NCBI GenBank assembly: GCA_027451665.1
Contig: DAIDIW010000002.1
Span: 48,251 to 112,250, forward strand
Origin: Candidatus Kaiserbacteria bacterium
GTDB lineage: Bacteria > Patescibacteriota > Minisyncoccia > Phycocordibacterales > Phycocordibacteraceae
Direction: 5' to 3'
Length of the DNA: 64,000 bases
The translations under genes were made by a program, and so were the position numbers. A model generated the notes under the pieces. That model saw nothing but the letters and a program-made list of their open reading frames with translations, did no database searches and was not told the origin of the DNA. Below are positions 28,875-38,679 of this stretch, piece by piece (position 1 is the first letter of the stretch; each line of letters starts with the position of its first letter).

Positions 28875-29477
28875 ATGCCTATCCTTGGAGCCCTAGTGGG
28901 CTTTTTTGCTTTGTCTGGCGCTATTGCCGCACTGCCGGCCACGGCAGTAGCTCTTGCGCCAGCCCCGGTACCGGTTGCGCATACCATCGCGCTGCCGATG
29001 AATCTCCCGACTTATGCCGTGACAATGACTGGCTATAATGCGGTCCCGGCCCAGACGGACAACAACCCGACCATCACGGCGTCCGGCGCATTCGCGAACC
29101 CGCAGGTGGTAGCGGCACGCTCACAGGACCTCGGGAAGGAACTCCCCTTCGGCACCATCATCGAGGTGGAAGGACCGTCCAAAACGCCTGGCGGCGGCTG
29201 CGGGTACGGCATAGTCCAGAACGATATCGGCTATCGCGTCATCGCCGATACCATGAACCGTAAATTCACGGATCGCGTCGATGTCTTGTTCGCCACAAAG
29301 GATAACTATCTTCTTATGGGTAACGGTCATGTGTTGAACGCTGCGACTATCATGGGCGTCTGTCCGGCGATGCGGATTCGGGTGGTCGGATTCGTGAACA
29401 TCAGCAATCCGGCGAACTTGCCGACAAGTCAGGCCGCGCTTGCCGCGCTAGTGCGAGGCAGGACGGCGTCAAATTAA
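28875..29477 (+). CDS. 3D-domain (cell-wall) protein
   Basis: TGYN..QTD..PTITASG, LPFGT, ADTM, DV. Confidence 0.78.
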   Translation: MPILGALVGFFALSGAIAALPATAVALAPAPVPVAHTIALPMNLPTYAVTMTGYNAVPAQTDNNPTITASGAFANPQVVAARSQDLGKELPFGTIIEVEGPSKTPGGGCGYGIVQNDIGYRVIADTMNRKFTDRVDVLFATKDNYLLMGNGHVLNAATIMGVCPAMRIRVVGFVNISNPANLPTSQAALAALVRGRTASN

Positions 29478-29533
29478 TCGTCGTCCTTAGGATAGGAAGA
29501 AAGCAATAAGAAAACCGCCGTTCGGCGGCCTTC

Positions 29534-30232
29534 TTACATCATGACCTCCGCCTCTTCGGATTCGATTTGGTCGACAATCCTCCGGGCGACGGCTTCAGCG
29601 GTATCCACCTGCATGCCGGGACGCCCTGCGGACGAGTCGTAGGTGGTGCCGAGCGCGTTCGCCCCAAAATCAGTCGCGGTCATCTTCGGGTGAAAGACGC
29701 AGACTGCGATGCCTTCATGCGAGAGCTCTGCGCGCGCCGTGAGCGAGAGCGCGTTCAGGGCGTATTTAGTCGACGCGTACGCGGCAAGTCCGGGGAAATA
29801 ATTCTTCGAAACGAGGGAACTGACGTTCAGTATGACTCCGCGCTCCCGTTCTCGCATCACAGGGATGGTTGCTTGCATTGCCTCGAGTACGGCGAAGACA
29901 TTAAGCTCGACGATAGCGCGGTACGCCTTGAGGTCGATGGATTCGACCGGTGCGAGGAGGCCCTGTCCGGCATTGTTCACGAGAATGTCGATCCGCCGGA
30001 AGATCTCGTGCGTGCGGCTGATAAGGCGGGTGACCTCTTCAGGCTTGCGTAGGTCAGTAACAATCGCGGTTGCGCCCGGCATCTCGGCGGCAAGCGCTTC
30101 GAGCCGTTCGGCAGATCGTGCGGCGAGCACTACCTGTGCTCCGCGTTTCGCAAGCTCCCTGGCTGTGGCGCGTCCGATTCCGCCTGAAGCTCCGGTCACG
30201 ATCGCGACTGCGTCACGTACTTCCATAGGCAA
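29534..30232 (-). CDS. SDR-family oxidoreductase
   Basis: TGASGGIG, NNAG, YASTK. Confidence 0.93.
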   Translation of the reverse strand: MPMEVRDAVAIVTGASGGIGRATARELAKRGAQVVLAARSAERLEALAAEMPGATAIVTDLRKPEEVTRLISRTHEIFRRIDILVNNAGQGLLAPVESIDLKAYRAIVELNVFAVLEAMQATIPVMRERERGVILNVSSLVSKNYFPGLAAYASTKYALNALSLTARAELSHEGIAVCVFHPKMTATDFGANALGTTYDSSAGRPGMQVDTAEAVARRIVDQIESEEAEVMM

Positions 30233-30297
30233 AAGCTTAACATCGCGCCTGCATAGGTGCGGTGGGGAAAAGCACGGCTCTGCTATACTCTGCGCAT

Positions 30298-31020
30298 ATG
30301 TTTCAGACGCTTTTCAATACGGTGACCGGGGAGCAGAAAAAGGATGCAATCGAGAAGATCATCTCGCACGCGAGCCCGCGGCCGGATTTTTTCCTCATGA
30401 TAATGCTTGCGGTCGCGATGGCGGCCATGGGGGTCGTCACGAATTCGGTCGTCGTCCTCATCGGGAGCATGCTTATCGCGCCGATGCTCTATCCGCTGCT
30501 CTCGTTCTCGCTCGGGATCGTTATAAGCGACCAGGCTGTGCTCGGCCGCTCGCTCTATACGATCGTGAAGTCAGTGATGCTTGCGCTTGCAGCCTCTTTC
30601 GTCATCGGCGTCTTCTTCACGAGCGCTGATCTCTCCTCGTCTCTCATTAACGGCAGCGTGCCGACGCTCGCGTACGCTCTCATCGCTGGCATCGCTGGAT
30701 TCGCCGCGGCGTTCGCCATGACCAAGGAGAATCTGAACGAGATGCTTCCCGGAGTTGCCATCTCGGTGGCGCTCGTGCCGCCCCTTGCTGTGGCGGGGAT
30801 TGGGCTCGCGCACTTCGACTGGGCCGTCTTCGTGAATGCCATCCTTCTTTTCCTCACGAACGTCATCGGCATCGTACTCTTTTCGACGGTGGTCTTTTCT
30901 CTCATGGGCTTCTCGACGAAGCGTCATGTCGCACGCGAGGCGGTGAAGGCAGACGAGAAGCAGATACAGCAGGAAGCGCAAACGGCATCTGCCACGTCCG
31001 CCTCGAAGAGCGCCGTCTAG
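30298..31020 (+). CDS. DUF389/TIGR00341-type membrane protein
   Basis: IGSMLIAP, PGVAISVALVPP. Confidence 0.85.
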   Translation: MFQTLFNTVTGEQKKDAIEKIISHASPRPDFFLMIMLAVAMAAMGVVTNSVVVLIGSMLIAPMLYPLLSFSLGIVISDQAVLGRSLYTIVKSVMLALAASFVIGVFFTSADLSSSLINGSVPTLAYALIAGIAGFAAAFAMTKENLNEMLPGVAISVALVPPLAVAGIGLAHFDWAVFVNAILLFLTNVIGIVLFSTVVFSLMGFSTKRHVAREAVKADEKQIQQEAQTASATSASKSAV

Positions 31021-31046
31021 CAGAAGTCAGACTTCTGCAGCAGGCG

Positions 31047-31760
31047 TCAGGCCTTCCGGATGAGCATGAATGGCGTCATCTCGCTGTCCTGTCCTGCGGG
31101 ATTATCGCGCAACAGCTTGTAGATGAACGCCTCCGTGATCGCGGACGTGGATTTCCCGAGCGAGATGGCGCCGCGGTAGTTCGCGTCGACGACGACCGTT
31201 TCAACTCCGTAGCGCGTTTTGAGCGACCGTGCGACCCCGTCTGGATCATGCGGCGCAAGCTTTGCCTTATCCTTATATTCCTCAATTGTCCAACTCATCG
31301 GACAATCGATGGATTTCGCTTGCTTGCCAACAAGGTAATAGAAGGCGCCATTCACGCCGAGCGGGCGCGTGAGCGCTGAAACGAATGCCGCGAAGAGCAC
31401 ACGCGGGTAGCCGGCTTCATCGATGAGCAGTTGCATGGCGGGCGCCGTCCCGTGTCCGAGACCGCGGAATTGAGGCGTACCGACATAATTGCGCACCTTC
31501 GACGCGAGGAATCGCGCGAGCTTGCCGGTCTTCACGTCCGCCGTATTCACGATCCGACCTTGCGTGATACATACGATCTTCTCAGAGACGAAAAGATAAT
31601 CGCCCGAGCGTATGTGGGGCCGGACGAATTCGTCGAGAAGCGCGAACAGGTCGTCACCCGGTTCGACGAGGCGCGACTTCAGGGGTATGCGAAGATAGCA
31701 CGTCCCGTCTACCTCCCGGGCGAGTTCTTTGCCGGGATTCGGCGCAAAGCGTTCGTTCAT
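31047..31760 (-). CDS. CofE-like (F420-0:glutamate ligase fold) protein
   Basis: VSEKIV..QGR, IDCP, VVVDAN, DNPAGQ..EMTP. Confidence 0.7.
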   Translation of the reverse strand: MNERFAPNPGKELAREVDGTCYLRIPLKSRLVEPGDDLFALLDEFVRPHIRSGDYLFVSEKIVCITQGRIVNTADVKTGKLARFLASKVRNYVGTPQFRGLGHGTAPAMQLLIDEAGYPRVLFAAFVSALTRPLGVNGAFYYLVGKQAKSIDCPMSWTIEEYKDKAKLAPHDPDGVARSLKTRYGVETVVVDANYRGAISLGKSTSAITEAFIYKLLRDNPAGQDSEMTPFMLIRKA

Positions 31761-31927
31761 GCCGAGCAGTATACCGCGGGAAGGTGTCTATGCGCACAAA
31801 GAGCCTCGTGGCGGGACGCGCAATCGTTGCAAGGGCGACGAAGCTCGAGGCGCTCGCGTGCCGATTGCACCGAATCGGCGGTAAAACCGAGACAGTAGCT
31901 GCGTCTATCTGCTAGAATGCCGCGGCT

Positions 31928-32377
31928 ATGGCTCACACACCTAAACATCCCCACGCACGCGCGAGACGCACCGCGGCTGTGCAGGTCGGCATGGCCGTAC
32001 GACGTTCTTCGGCCGGGCTCGGGCTCTTTGCGACGCGCCCGTATAAGAAAGGAGAGACGGTAATCGAGTACGTGGGGCGCGAGCTTCCGGAAGCGGAGTG
32101 GTATACGAGCCGCAGCCGCTACCTTTTCGAAGTGAATGCGAGAAAGACGATCGATGGGAAGCCGGCGTGGAATATTGCTGGATACATCAATCATTCCTGC
32201 CGTCCGAATTGCGAGCCGGTGATCCGTAACGCGCGCGTCTTTATCAAAACGCGCCGGGCGATCATACCGGGTGAGGAGTTCACCTACGATTACGGTAGGG
32301 AATATTTCGACGATTACATCAAGCCGTTTGGCTGCCGTTGCGCCGCATGCGCACGTAAGCGGCGAAAGGGGAGCTAG
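31928..32377 (+). CDS. SET-domain protein
   Basis: GLGLFA, YINHSCRPNC, EFTYDYG, post-SET CRCAAC. Confidence 0.92.
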   Translation: MAHTPKHPHARARRTAAVQVGMAVRRSSAGLGLFATRPYKKGETVIEYVGRELPEAEWYTSRSRYLFEVNARKTIDGKPAWNIAGYINHSCRPNCEPVIRNARVFIKTRRAIIPGEEFTYDYGREYFDDYIKPFGCRCAACARKRRKGS

Positions 32378-32486
32378 ACAGTTGTTCGGGACGCCTCGTT
32401 GCAGAATCTCGTGCGCGTCCTACCATGGGGGTGGCGGGCTCGCCCGCTCGTGCGGATCGGAACCTTACCCGCTAACAATTTCGATT

Positions 32487-32678
32487 ATGTGGCAGGATTG
32501 GGTTAATGGCATCCTCGGTCTCTGGGTCATCCTTCTTCCGTTCATCGGCATGACGGACCAGACGACGCTTATTATCACGGGTATCGTCATCGCGATCCTC
32601 GGATTCTGGGCAGCCGCTTCCGGCGGTTCGTCGAGTTCGAAGTCTATGGGCGGCGGAGCTCCGATGAAGCAGAGCTAG
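32487..32678 (+). CDS. SPW-repeat-like small membrane protein
   Basis: MWQDWVNGILGLWVILLPF; followed by hairpin at about 32697-32722. Confidence 0.7.
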   Translation: MWQDWVNGILGLWVILLPFIGMTDQTTLIITGIVIAILGFWAAASGGSSSSKSMGGGAPMKQS

Positions 32679-32744
32679 GACGCTATCGCACGTTCAATCG
32701 CGGCGCCTCCGGGCGCCGCGATCATTTTCGTTTTCCCCTTGTCC

Positions 32745-32774
32745 TTGTATGGTGAACCATGGTTCACCTATAAT
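32745..32774 (+). promoter_or_regulatory. Promoter with palindromic SOS-box-like operator
   Basis: TTGTAT + GGTGAACCATGGTTCACC (32751-32768) + TATAAT. Confidence 0.75.
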
Positions 32775-32781
32775 GTATCGT

Positions 32782-33351
32782 ATGTCATACGAAGAACAAC
32801 GCGGGAGATTGCTTATGTTCTATGCGCGGCACAGGCGTATGCCGGGGTATCAGGAGCTCATGCGGCTCATGGGATTCCGCTCGAAGAACGCAGCCTACAA
32901 GCTTATCGGTCGATTCGTTGAGGACGGCGTTCTCGACAAGGACGCGAAAGGACACATTGCGCCGGGTAGGATCCTCCGTGGCGCGCGATTACTGGGAGTG
33001 GTCGAGGCTGGATTCCCGTCGCCGGCGGAAGAAGAACTCCTCGACATCATGGATTTCGATGAATATCTCGTTCCGAATAAAGAAGCCGCGTACATTCTTA
33101 AGGTGAAGGGGGATTCGATGATTGAGGCCGGCATTCAGCCGGGGGACATGGTCATCGTCGAGCGCCGGCAGACGTATAAGCCCGGGCAGATCGTCATCGC
33201 GAACGTGGACGGTGAGTACACCATGAAATACCTGCGCCGTGAGCGCGATCGTTATTATCTTGAGCCGGCAAATGCGAAATATAAGCCCCTCTACCCGGCG
33301 GAGCACCTCGACATCGAGGCGGTCGTGACCGGGGTCGTGCGCAAATACTGA
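32782..33351 (+). CDS. lexA: LexA/UmuD-family repressor (HTH + S24 peptidase)
   Basis: N-terminal HTH (MPGYQELM..GFRS), AG cleavage site in EAGFPSP, GDSM Ser, TMK Lys. Confidence 0.85.
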   Translation: MSYEEQRGRLLMFYARHRRMPGYQELMRLMGFRSKNAAYKLIGRFVEDGVLDKDAKGHIAPGRILRGARLLGVVEAGFPSPAEEELLDIMDFDEYLVPNKEAAYILKVKGDSMIEAGIQPGDMVIVERRQTYKPGQIVIANVDGEYTMKYLRRERDRYYLEPANAKYKPLYPAEHLDIEAVVTGVVRKY

Positions 33352-33421
33352 CGAGTATGCGCGCACTGCCTCCGGTCCGCACCGTACGCCGTATTTTTCC
33401 TCCAGGGGATCGGTTCGCTCT

Positions 33422-34726
33422 ATGACGTGGGGAATCTCGCAATCGTATCCGCGCGCGATACTCCATGTCGACGGAGATGCGTTTTTTGCGTCCTGCGAAG
33501 TGGCGAAGGAACCTGCGCTACGCGGGAAGCCGGTTATTACGGGGAAGGAACGCGGCATCGTTTCGGCTGCGACCTACGAGGCGAAGGCGCGCGGCGTTGT
33601 GCGCAGCATGAAGCTCCATGAGGCGAAACGGGTCTGCCCGGACGCAATCATCCTGCCTTCCGATTATGAGACGTACGCGCTCTTCTCGGCCCGCATGTAT
33701 GCGGTTGTCCGTCGCTATACGAATTCGGTCGAGGAGTACGGCATCGACGAATGCTTCGCGGACATTACGGGACTCAGGCGCACTCATCGTATGGGGTATG
33801 CGGAAATCGCCGCGGCGATTAAGCGGGAACTCGAAGCGGAGCTCGGCATGACGTTCTCGGTGGGACTCTCCTGTACGAAGACCTTGGCGAAGGTTGGCTC
33901 GAAATGGCAGAAGCCTTCCGGGCTCACGTGCGTCCCGCTGTTTGCCGCGTCGCGCTTTCTCGATGGGCTCTCGGTAGGGAAGGTTTGGGGTATCGGCCCC
34001 AATACCGCTGCGTTTCTCGCACTGCACGAGGTCACCACCGCAGGACAGTTCGCGAGGAAGGATGAGGCGTGGGTGAAGGCAAAACTCACGAAGCCGTCCA
34101 TCGAGACCTGGCAGGAATTGAACGGCGTCGTAGCGCTTCCGCTCGATACAAAAGGACGCGAGGGCTATCAATCCATCTCGAAGACGAAGACGTTCACGCC
34201 GCCGTCAATCGATCCGGTCTTTATCCTCGCACAGCTTTCTAAGAACGTAGAGAACGCGTGTATCAAGGCACGGCGCTGGAATCTCGCGACAGCGAAGGTC
34301 TTCTTTTTCCTGAAGACGCAGGATTTCCGGTATCACGGTTGCGAGGTGCGGCTTCCATACGCGACTAATCAGCCGCATGAGATACTCACCGAGGTGAAGC
34401 AATACGTGCCGAAGGTATTCAGAAAGGGAACCGCCTATCGCGCAACCGGCATCACGCTCTGCGAGCTCAAGGAAGCAGCGAGCGTGCAGCTCGACCTTTT
34501 CGGTGCAGTGGCGACCTCGTCAGCGCGCGCAGCGGTCTATGCGAGTGTCGATGAGATCGCGGCGAAGTACGGGAAGCATGCGGTTTTCCTCGGCTCTTCC
34601 TGGTACGCGATGCAGCATGTCGCGCATGAAGGCGCGCGCGGCGATACGCCCGTCCGTACGAAGAATCTTTTCAAAGGCGAGACCGCACGCAAGCGGCTCA
34701 ACCTGCCGCTGCTGGGGGAGGTTTGA
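33422..34726 (+). CDS. Y-family DNA polymerase (DinB/UmuC)
   Basis: HVDGDAFFASCE, YEAKARG, YGIDE, VWGIG. Confidence 0.92.
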   Translation: MTWGISQSYPRAILHVDGDAFFASCEVAKEPALRGKPVITGKERGIVSAATYEAKARGVVRSMKLHEAKRVCPDAIILPSDYETYALFSARMYAVVRRYTNSVEEYGIDECFADITGLRRTHRMGYAEIAAAIKRELEAELGMTFSVGLSCTKTLAKVGSKWQKPSGLTCVPLFAASRFLDGLSVGKVWGIGPNTAAFLALHEVTTAGQFARKDEAWVKAKLTKPSIETWQELNGVVALPLDTKGREGYQSISKTKTFTPPSIDPVFILAQLSKNVENACIKARRWNLATAKVFFFLKTQDFRYHGCEVRLPYATNQPHEILTEVKQYVPKVFRKGTAYRATGITLCELKEAASVQLDLFGAVATSSARAAVYASVDEIAAKYGKHAVFLGSSWYAMQHVAHEGARGDTPVRTKNLFKGETARKRLNLPLLGEV

Positions 34727-34876
34727 GCGGTCGCCTTTCTCGTTGAATGGATTCCACGATGCAGTTCAGTCGTTCGCAGTCGGTACGCGCAAGGGCGATC
34801 GGGGGATGCGAGGATTTTGCCTCTGGACGTGCGGTATCATGCAGGCATAGGGTGCCGACTGGAGCCCGTTCTGTTC

Positions 34877-35758
34877 ATGAATCGCTACCTCTTCCTTATC
34901 ATCCTTGGGATCATGGCCTCGATTGCGCTCTTCGCGCTCTCGCTTGGGGGCAGCCATATCGTGCTGTTCTCTCCGCAGGGTTATATCGCGAAGCGCGAAG
35001 TCGCGCTCATGGCGCTCGCACTTCGGCTCATGCTTATCATTGTGATTCCGGTGTTCGCGCTCACTTTCGCCATCGCCTGGCACTATCGCGCGGGGAACGC
35101 TAAGGCACGCTACCTTCCAAACTGGGAGCATAACCGGCTGGAAGAAGCGATCTGGTGGGCAGTGCCGTTCCTCATCATTATCGCGCTCGCGAGCATCACC
35201 TGGACTTCCTCGCACGCGCTCGATTCGTACAAGGGGATCGCAACGTCGACGCCGGCGCTCGAAATTGATGTCGTTGCGCTCGATTGGAAATGGCTGTTCA
35301 TCTATCCCGCACAAAGGATCGCCACCGTGAACACGCTTACAATCCCGACGGGCACGCCGATTGCCTTCAAACTCACTGCGGATGCGCCCATGAATGCGCT
35401 TTGGATACCGCAGCTCTCGGGGCAGGAGATGGCGATGCCCGGCATGGTGACCGAGCTTCATATCGAGGCTGACGCGCCCGGAGCGTACCACGGGCTCTCT
35501 GGCAATTACAGCGGCGCCGGGTTCGCCGGGATGCAGTTCACCGCGCATGCGGTATCGAAGTCTGCTTTCGGCGCTTGGGTCGCCGAGACGCGTATGTCCA
35601 CCTCGACGCTTGATCGCGTAACGTATGCGTCGCTCGCCGCGCCGAGCGAGAATGTCGCGCCCGAGCGCTACGTGCTCGGTGATCCGGGCTTGTATACTTG
35701 GATCGTGATGAAATACATGACGCCGCCGGCCGCCTCGTCGACGCCGGCCTCCGGATGA
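34877..35758 (+). CDS. cyoA: Cytochrome bo3 quinol oxidase subunit II
   Basis: LEEAIWWAVP, LDWKWLFIYP, WIPQL, SGNYSGAGF; no CuA ligands. Confidence 0.93.
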   Translation: MNRYLFLIILGIMASIALFALSLGGSHIVLFSPQGYIAKREVALMALALRLMLIIVIPVFALTFAIAWHYRAGNAKARYLPNWEHNRLEEAIWWAVPFLIIIALASITWTSSHALDSYKGIATSTPALEIDVVALDWKWLFIYPAQRIATVNTLTIPTGTPIAFKLTADAPMNALWIPQLSGQEMAMPGMVTELHIEADAPGAYHGLSGNYSGAGFAGMQFTAHAVSKSAFGAWVAETRMSTSTLDRVTYASLAAPSENVAPERYVLGDPGLYTWIVMKYMTPPAASSTPASG

Positions 35759-37716
35759 CTATGCTTGGAAGACTCACGTTTGCCGCCCTCGAGCAGGGCC
35801 CCATCGTCTTCGCCGCACAGATGCTCGTGCTTTTCGGCGCGCTCGGTGTTGCTGCGCTCATTACCTATCTGAAACGCTGGAAGTGGCTCTGGAACGAGTA
35901 TCTCACATCGCTCGATGCGAAGAAGATCGGCATCATGTATCTCGTCGTTGCGGCCGTAATGCTCGTCCGCGGCGGCATCGACGCGCTTATGATGCGCGCA
36001 CAGCAGGCGGTCGCGGTGGGGAATAATGCCGGCTACCTACCGCCGGAGCACTTCGCGCAGGTATTCACCGGGCACGGCGTCATCATGATTTTCTTCGTTG
36101 CGATGCCGCTCATGTTTGGCATCATGAACGTGATCCTGCCAGTCATGCTCGGGACGCGCGATGTCGCGTACCCGTTCCTGAACTCGGTCTCGTTCTATCT
36201 CTTTACCGCGGGTGCGGCGCTTGTGATGGCTTCGCTTGTGATAGGGCAGTTCGCGACGACCGGATGGACTGCCTACCCGCCGCTCTCAGAGCTCGCCTAT
36301 AGTCCGGGCGTCGGCGTCGACTACTACATCTGGGCGCTCCAGATCTCGGGCATCGGGACCCTTCTCGCCGGCATCAATTTTATAGTGACGATCCTTAAGA
36401 AGCGTGCGCCCGGCATGTCTCTCATGAAGATGCCGATGTATGCCTGGACGGTGCTCGGAAGCATGATGCTTGTCGTCACTGCGTTTCCGGTGCTTACGGC
36501 TACGCTCGGATTGCTCACCCTCGATCGCTATCTCGGCATGCATTTTTTCACGGCGGGCGGCGGCGGCAATATGATGATGTACGTGAACCTGTTCTGGGCG
36601 TGGGGCCACCCTGAGGTCTATATCCTCGTACTTCCGGCGTTCGGCGTCTTCAGCGAGGTCGTTGCAACGTTCTCTGGGAAGCGGCTCTTCGGCTATACCT
36701 CCATGGTGATCGCAACGATGGCGATTACGATTCTTTCGTGGCTCGTCTGGCTACATCATTTCTTCACCATGGGCGCGGGCGCGGATGTGAACGCCTTCTT
36801 CGGCATTATGACGATGATCATTGCCATTCCGACGGGCGTGAAGATCTTCAACTGGCTCTTTACCATGTATCGTGGCCGCGTACGCTTCACGACGCCGATG
36901 CGCTGGTTCCTCGGATTCGTCGCGCTCTTTACGATTGGCGGCATGGCGGGCGTGCTTATGGCAGTGCCGCCGGCAGATTTCGAGCTCCACGAAAGCCTGT
37001 TCCTTGTCGCGCACTTCCACACGATGATCGTCTCCGGCGTTCTTTTCGGCGATTTTGCGGCGCTCGCGTACTGGTTCCCGAAAGTGTTCGGATTCACGCT
37101 CTCGGAAAAGTGGGGGATACGCGCGTTCTGGGCCTGGACGGTGGGGTTCATGCTCGCCTTCATCCCGCTTTATGTGCTCGGCTTCATGGGCGCCACGCGC
37201 CGGCTTGATCACTATCCGGCCGGGCTCGGATGGAATCCGCTCTTCATCGTCGCTGGCGTTGGTGCGCTTGTAATCGCTTCGGGCGTCGTATGCCAGGCGA
37301 TTCAACTCTATGTGAGCATTCGCGACCGTCGGAAGAATCGAGACTTGACCGGAGATCCGTGGGACGGACGGACGCTCGAGTGGTCGACTCCCTCTCCCGT
37401 CCCGTTCTATAACTTCGCAAGGACGCCAATAGTCGCTATCCGTGATCCGTTCTGGGCGGTGAAGTACGGTCTGGCGCCTCAGACGCCGGAGAACGACTAT
37501 CTTTCCATCGAGCTGCCGCGCGGGAGCGGTCTTGGGCTCGTCATTGGCGGAGCCGCCTTCGCCTTCGCCTTCGCGATGGTCTGGCATATCTGGTGGCTCG
37601 TGATGCTCGGCGCGCTCGTGATGCTCGGCGCGCTCTTTGTGCGCTTCCTCGACGAGGATACCGAGTCAATCATCTCTGCCGATACTCTGCGCCGCTTTGA
37701 TACCGCTACCGTATGA
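35755..37716 (+). CDS. cyoB: Cytochrome bo3 quinol oxidase subunit I
   Basis: HGVIM, WGHPEVY, WLHH, AHFH heme/CuB ligands. Confidence 0.97.
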   Translation: MTMLGRLTFAALEQGPIVFAAQMLVLFGALGVAALITYLKRWKWLWNEYLTSLDAKKIGIMYLVVAAVMLVRGGIDALMMRAQQAVAVGNNAGYLPPEHFAQVFTGHGVIMIFFVAMPLMFGIMNVILPVMLGTRDVAYPFLNSVSFYLFTAGAALVMASLVIGQFATTGWTAYPPLSELAYSPGVGVDYYIWALQISGIGTLLAGINFIVTILKKRAPGMSLMKMPMYAWTVLGSMMLVVTAFPVLTATLGLLTLDRYLGMHFFTAGGGGNMMMYVNLFWAWGHPEVYILVLPAFGVFSEVVATFSGKRLFGYTSMVIATMAITILSWLVWLHHFFTMGAGADVNAFFGIMTMIIAIPTGVKIFNWLFTMYRGRVRFTTPMRWFLGFVALFTIGGMAGVLMAVPPADFELHESLFLVAHFHTMIVSGVLFGDFAALAYWFPKVFGFTLSEKWGIRAFWAWTVGFMLAFIPLYVLGFMGATRRLDHYPAGLGWNPLFIVAGVGALVIASGVVCQAIQLYVSIRDRRKNRDLTGDPWDGRTLEWSTPSPVPFYNFARTPIVAIRDPFWAVKYGLAPQTPENDYLSIELPRGSGLGLVIGGAAFAFAFAMVWHIWWLVMLGALVMLGALFVRFLDEDTESIISADTLRRFDTATV

Positions 37717-38327
37717 CGCGCGATCTCCTCGTACCGTCCGTTCAGGTCACCGTGCCGCCGTTCACGGAACGTCGCGAGATAACGCTGCTCGGTTTCTGGA
37801 TCTATCTCCTCTCGGATGCCATCATCTTCGCCTGTCTGTTTGCAACCTATGCCGTCCTGCACGTCAACACATTCGGCGGCCCTGGGGCCCGCGATCTCTT
37901 CTCGCTGCCCTATGTGCTTCTAGAGACCTTCGTGCTTCTCGTCTCAAGCTTCACGGCTGGGCTCGGGGCGCTTGCCGCCTATCGCGGCAATGCGCGACAG
38001 GTACTCGGCTGGTTCTCCGTGACGCTCCTCCTCGGGCTCGCATTCCTCTCCCTTGAGGCGCACGAATTCGTCGGCCTTGTCGCGGGAGGACACGGACCCG
38101 CGCAAAGCGGATTCCTCTCTTCCTACTTCACGCTCGTCGGAACGCACGGGCTTCACGTCGCCCTCGGATCATTCTGGATGCTCTTTATGCTCATCGCTGT
38201 CTACCTTCGGGGGCTTACGGAAACGAACGTGCGCCGTCTCACGATGCTCTCGCTGTTCTGGCATTTCCTCGATGTGATATGGATCTTCATCTTTACCATC
38301 GTGTATCTGCTCCCCTTCATTAAGTGA
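37713..38327 (+). CDS. cyoC: Cytochrome bo3 oxidase subunit III
   Basis: GFWIYLLSD, GTHGLHV, FWHFLD. Confidence 0.95.
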   Translation: MTRDLLVPSVQVTVPPFTERREITLLGFWIYLLSDAIIFACLFATYAVLHVNTFGGPGARDLFSLPYVLLETFVLLVSSFTAGLGALAAYRGNARQVLGWFSVTLLLGLAFLSLEAHEFVGLVAGGHGPAQSGFLSSYFTLVGTHGLHVALGSFWMLFMLIAVYLRGLTETNVRRLTMLSLFWHFLDVIWIFIFTIVYLLPFIK

Positions 38328-38677
38328 ATATGGATTCTTACCGCGGCACATTTGGGACCTATATCGCCGGCTTCGTCGGTTCGCTCGTGTGTACGTGTGC
38401 CGCATACTATCTTGTGGTCGTGCATCCGGCTGCGCCCGCGCTCATTCTCGCAGCGGTAATCGCGCTCGCAACGTTCCAGTTTGGTGTGCAGCTCGTACTG
38501 TTTCTTCACTTGGGACGCAGTGCGAAGGTCTGGAATGTCGTCGCCTTTGCCTTCGCGTTCATCATTGTATGCATCGTGGTCGCCGGGTCGCTTTGGATCA
38601 TGCAGAACCTGAGCGGCCGGATGATGCCGTCGCAGGCGCAGATGATGCAATATATGAACAATCAGGATTCTCTGTGA
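38324..38677 (+). CDS. cyoD: Cytochrome bo3 oxidase subunit IV
   Basis: YIAGFVGSL, VQLVLFLHL, GSLWIM. Confidence 0.93.
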   Translation: MNMDSYRGTFGTYIAGFVGSLVCTCAAYYLVVVHPAAPALILAAVIALATFQFGVQLVLFLHLGRSAKVWNVVAFAFAFIIVCIVVAGSLWIMQNLSGRMMPSQAQMMQYMNNQDSL

Positions 38678-38679
38678 GT

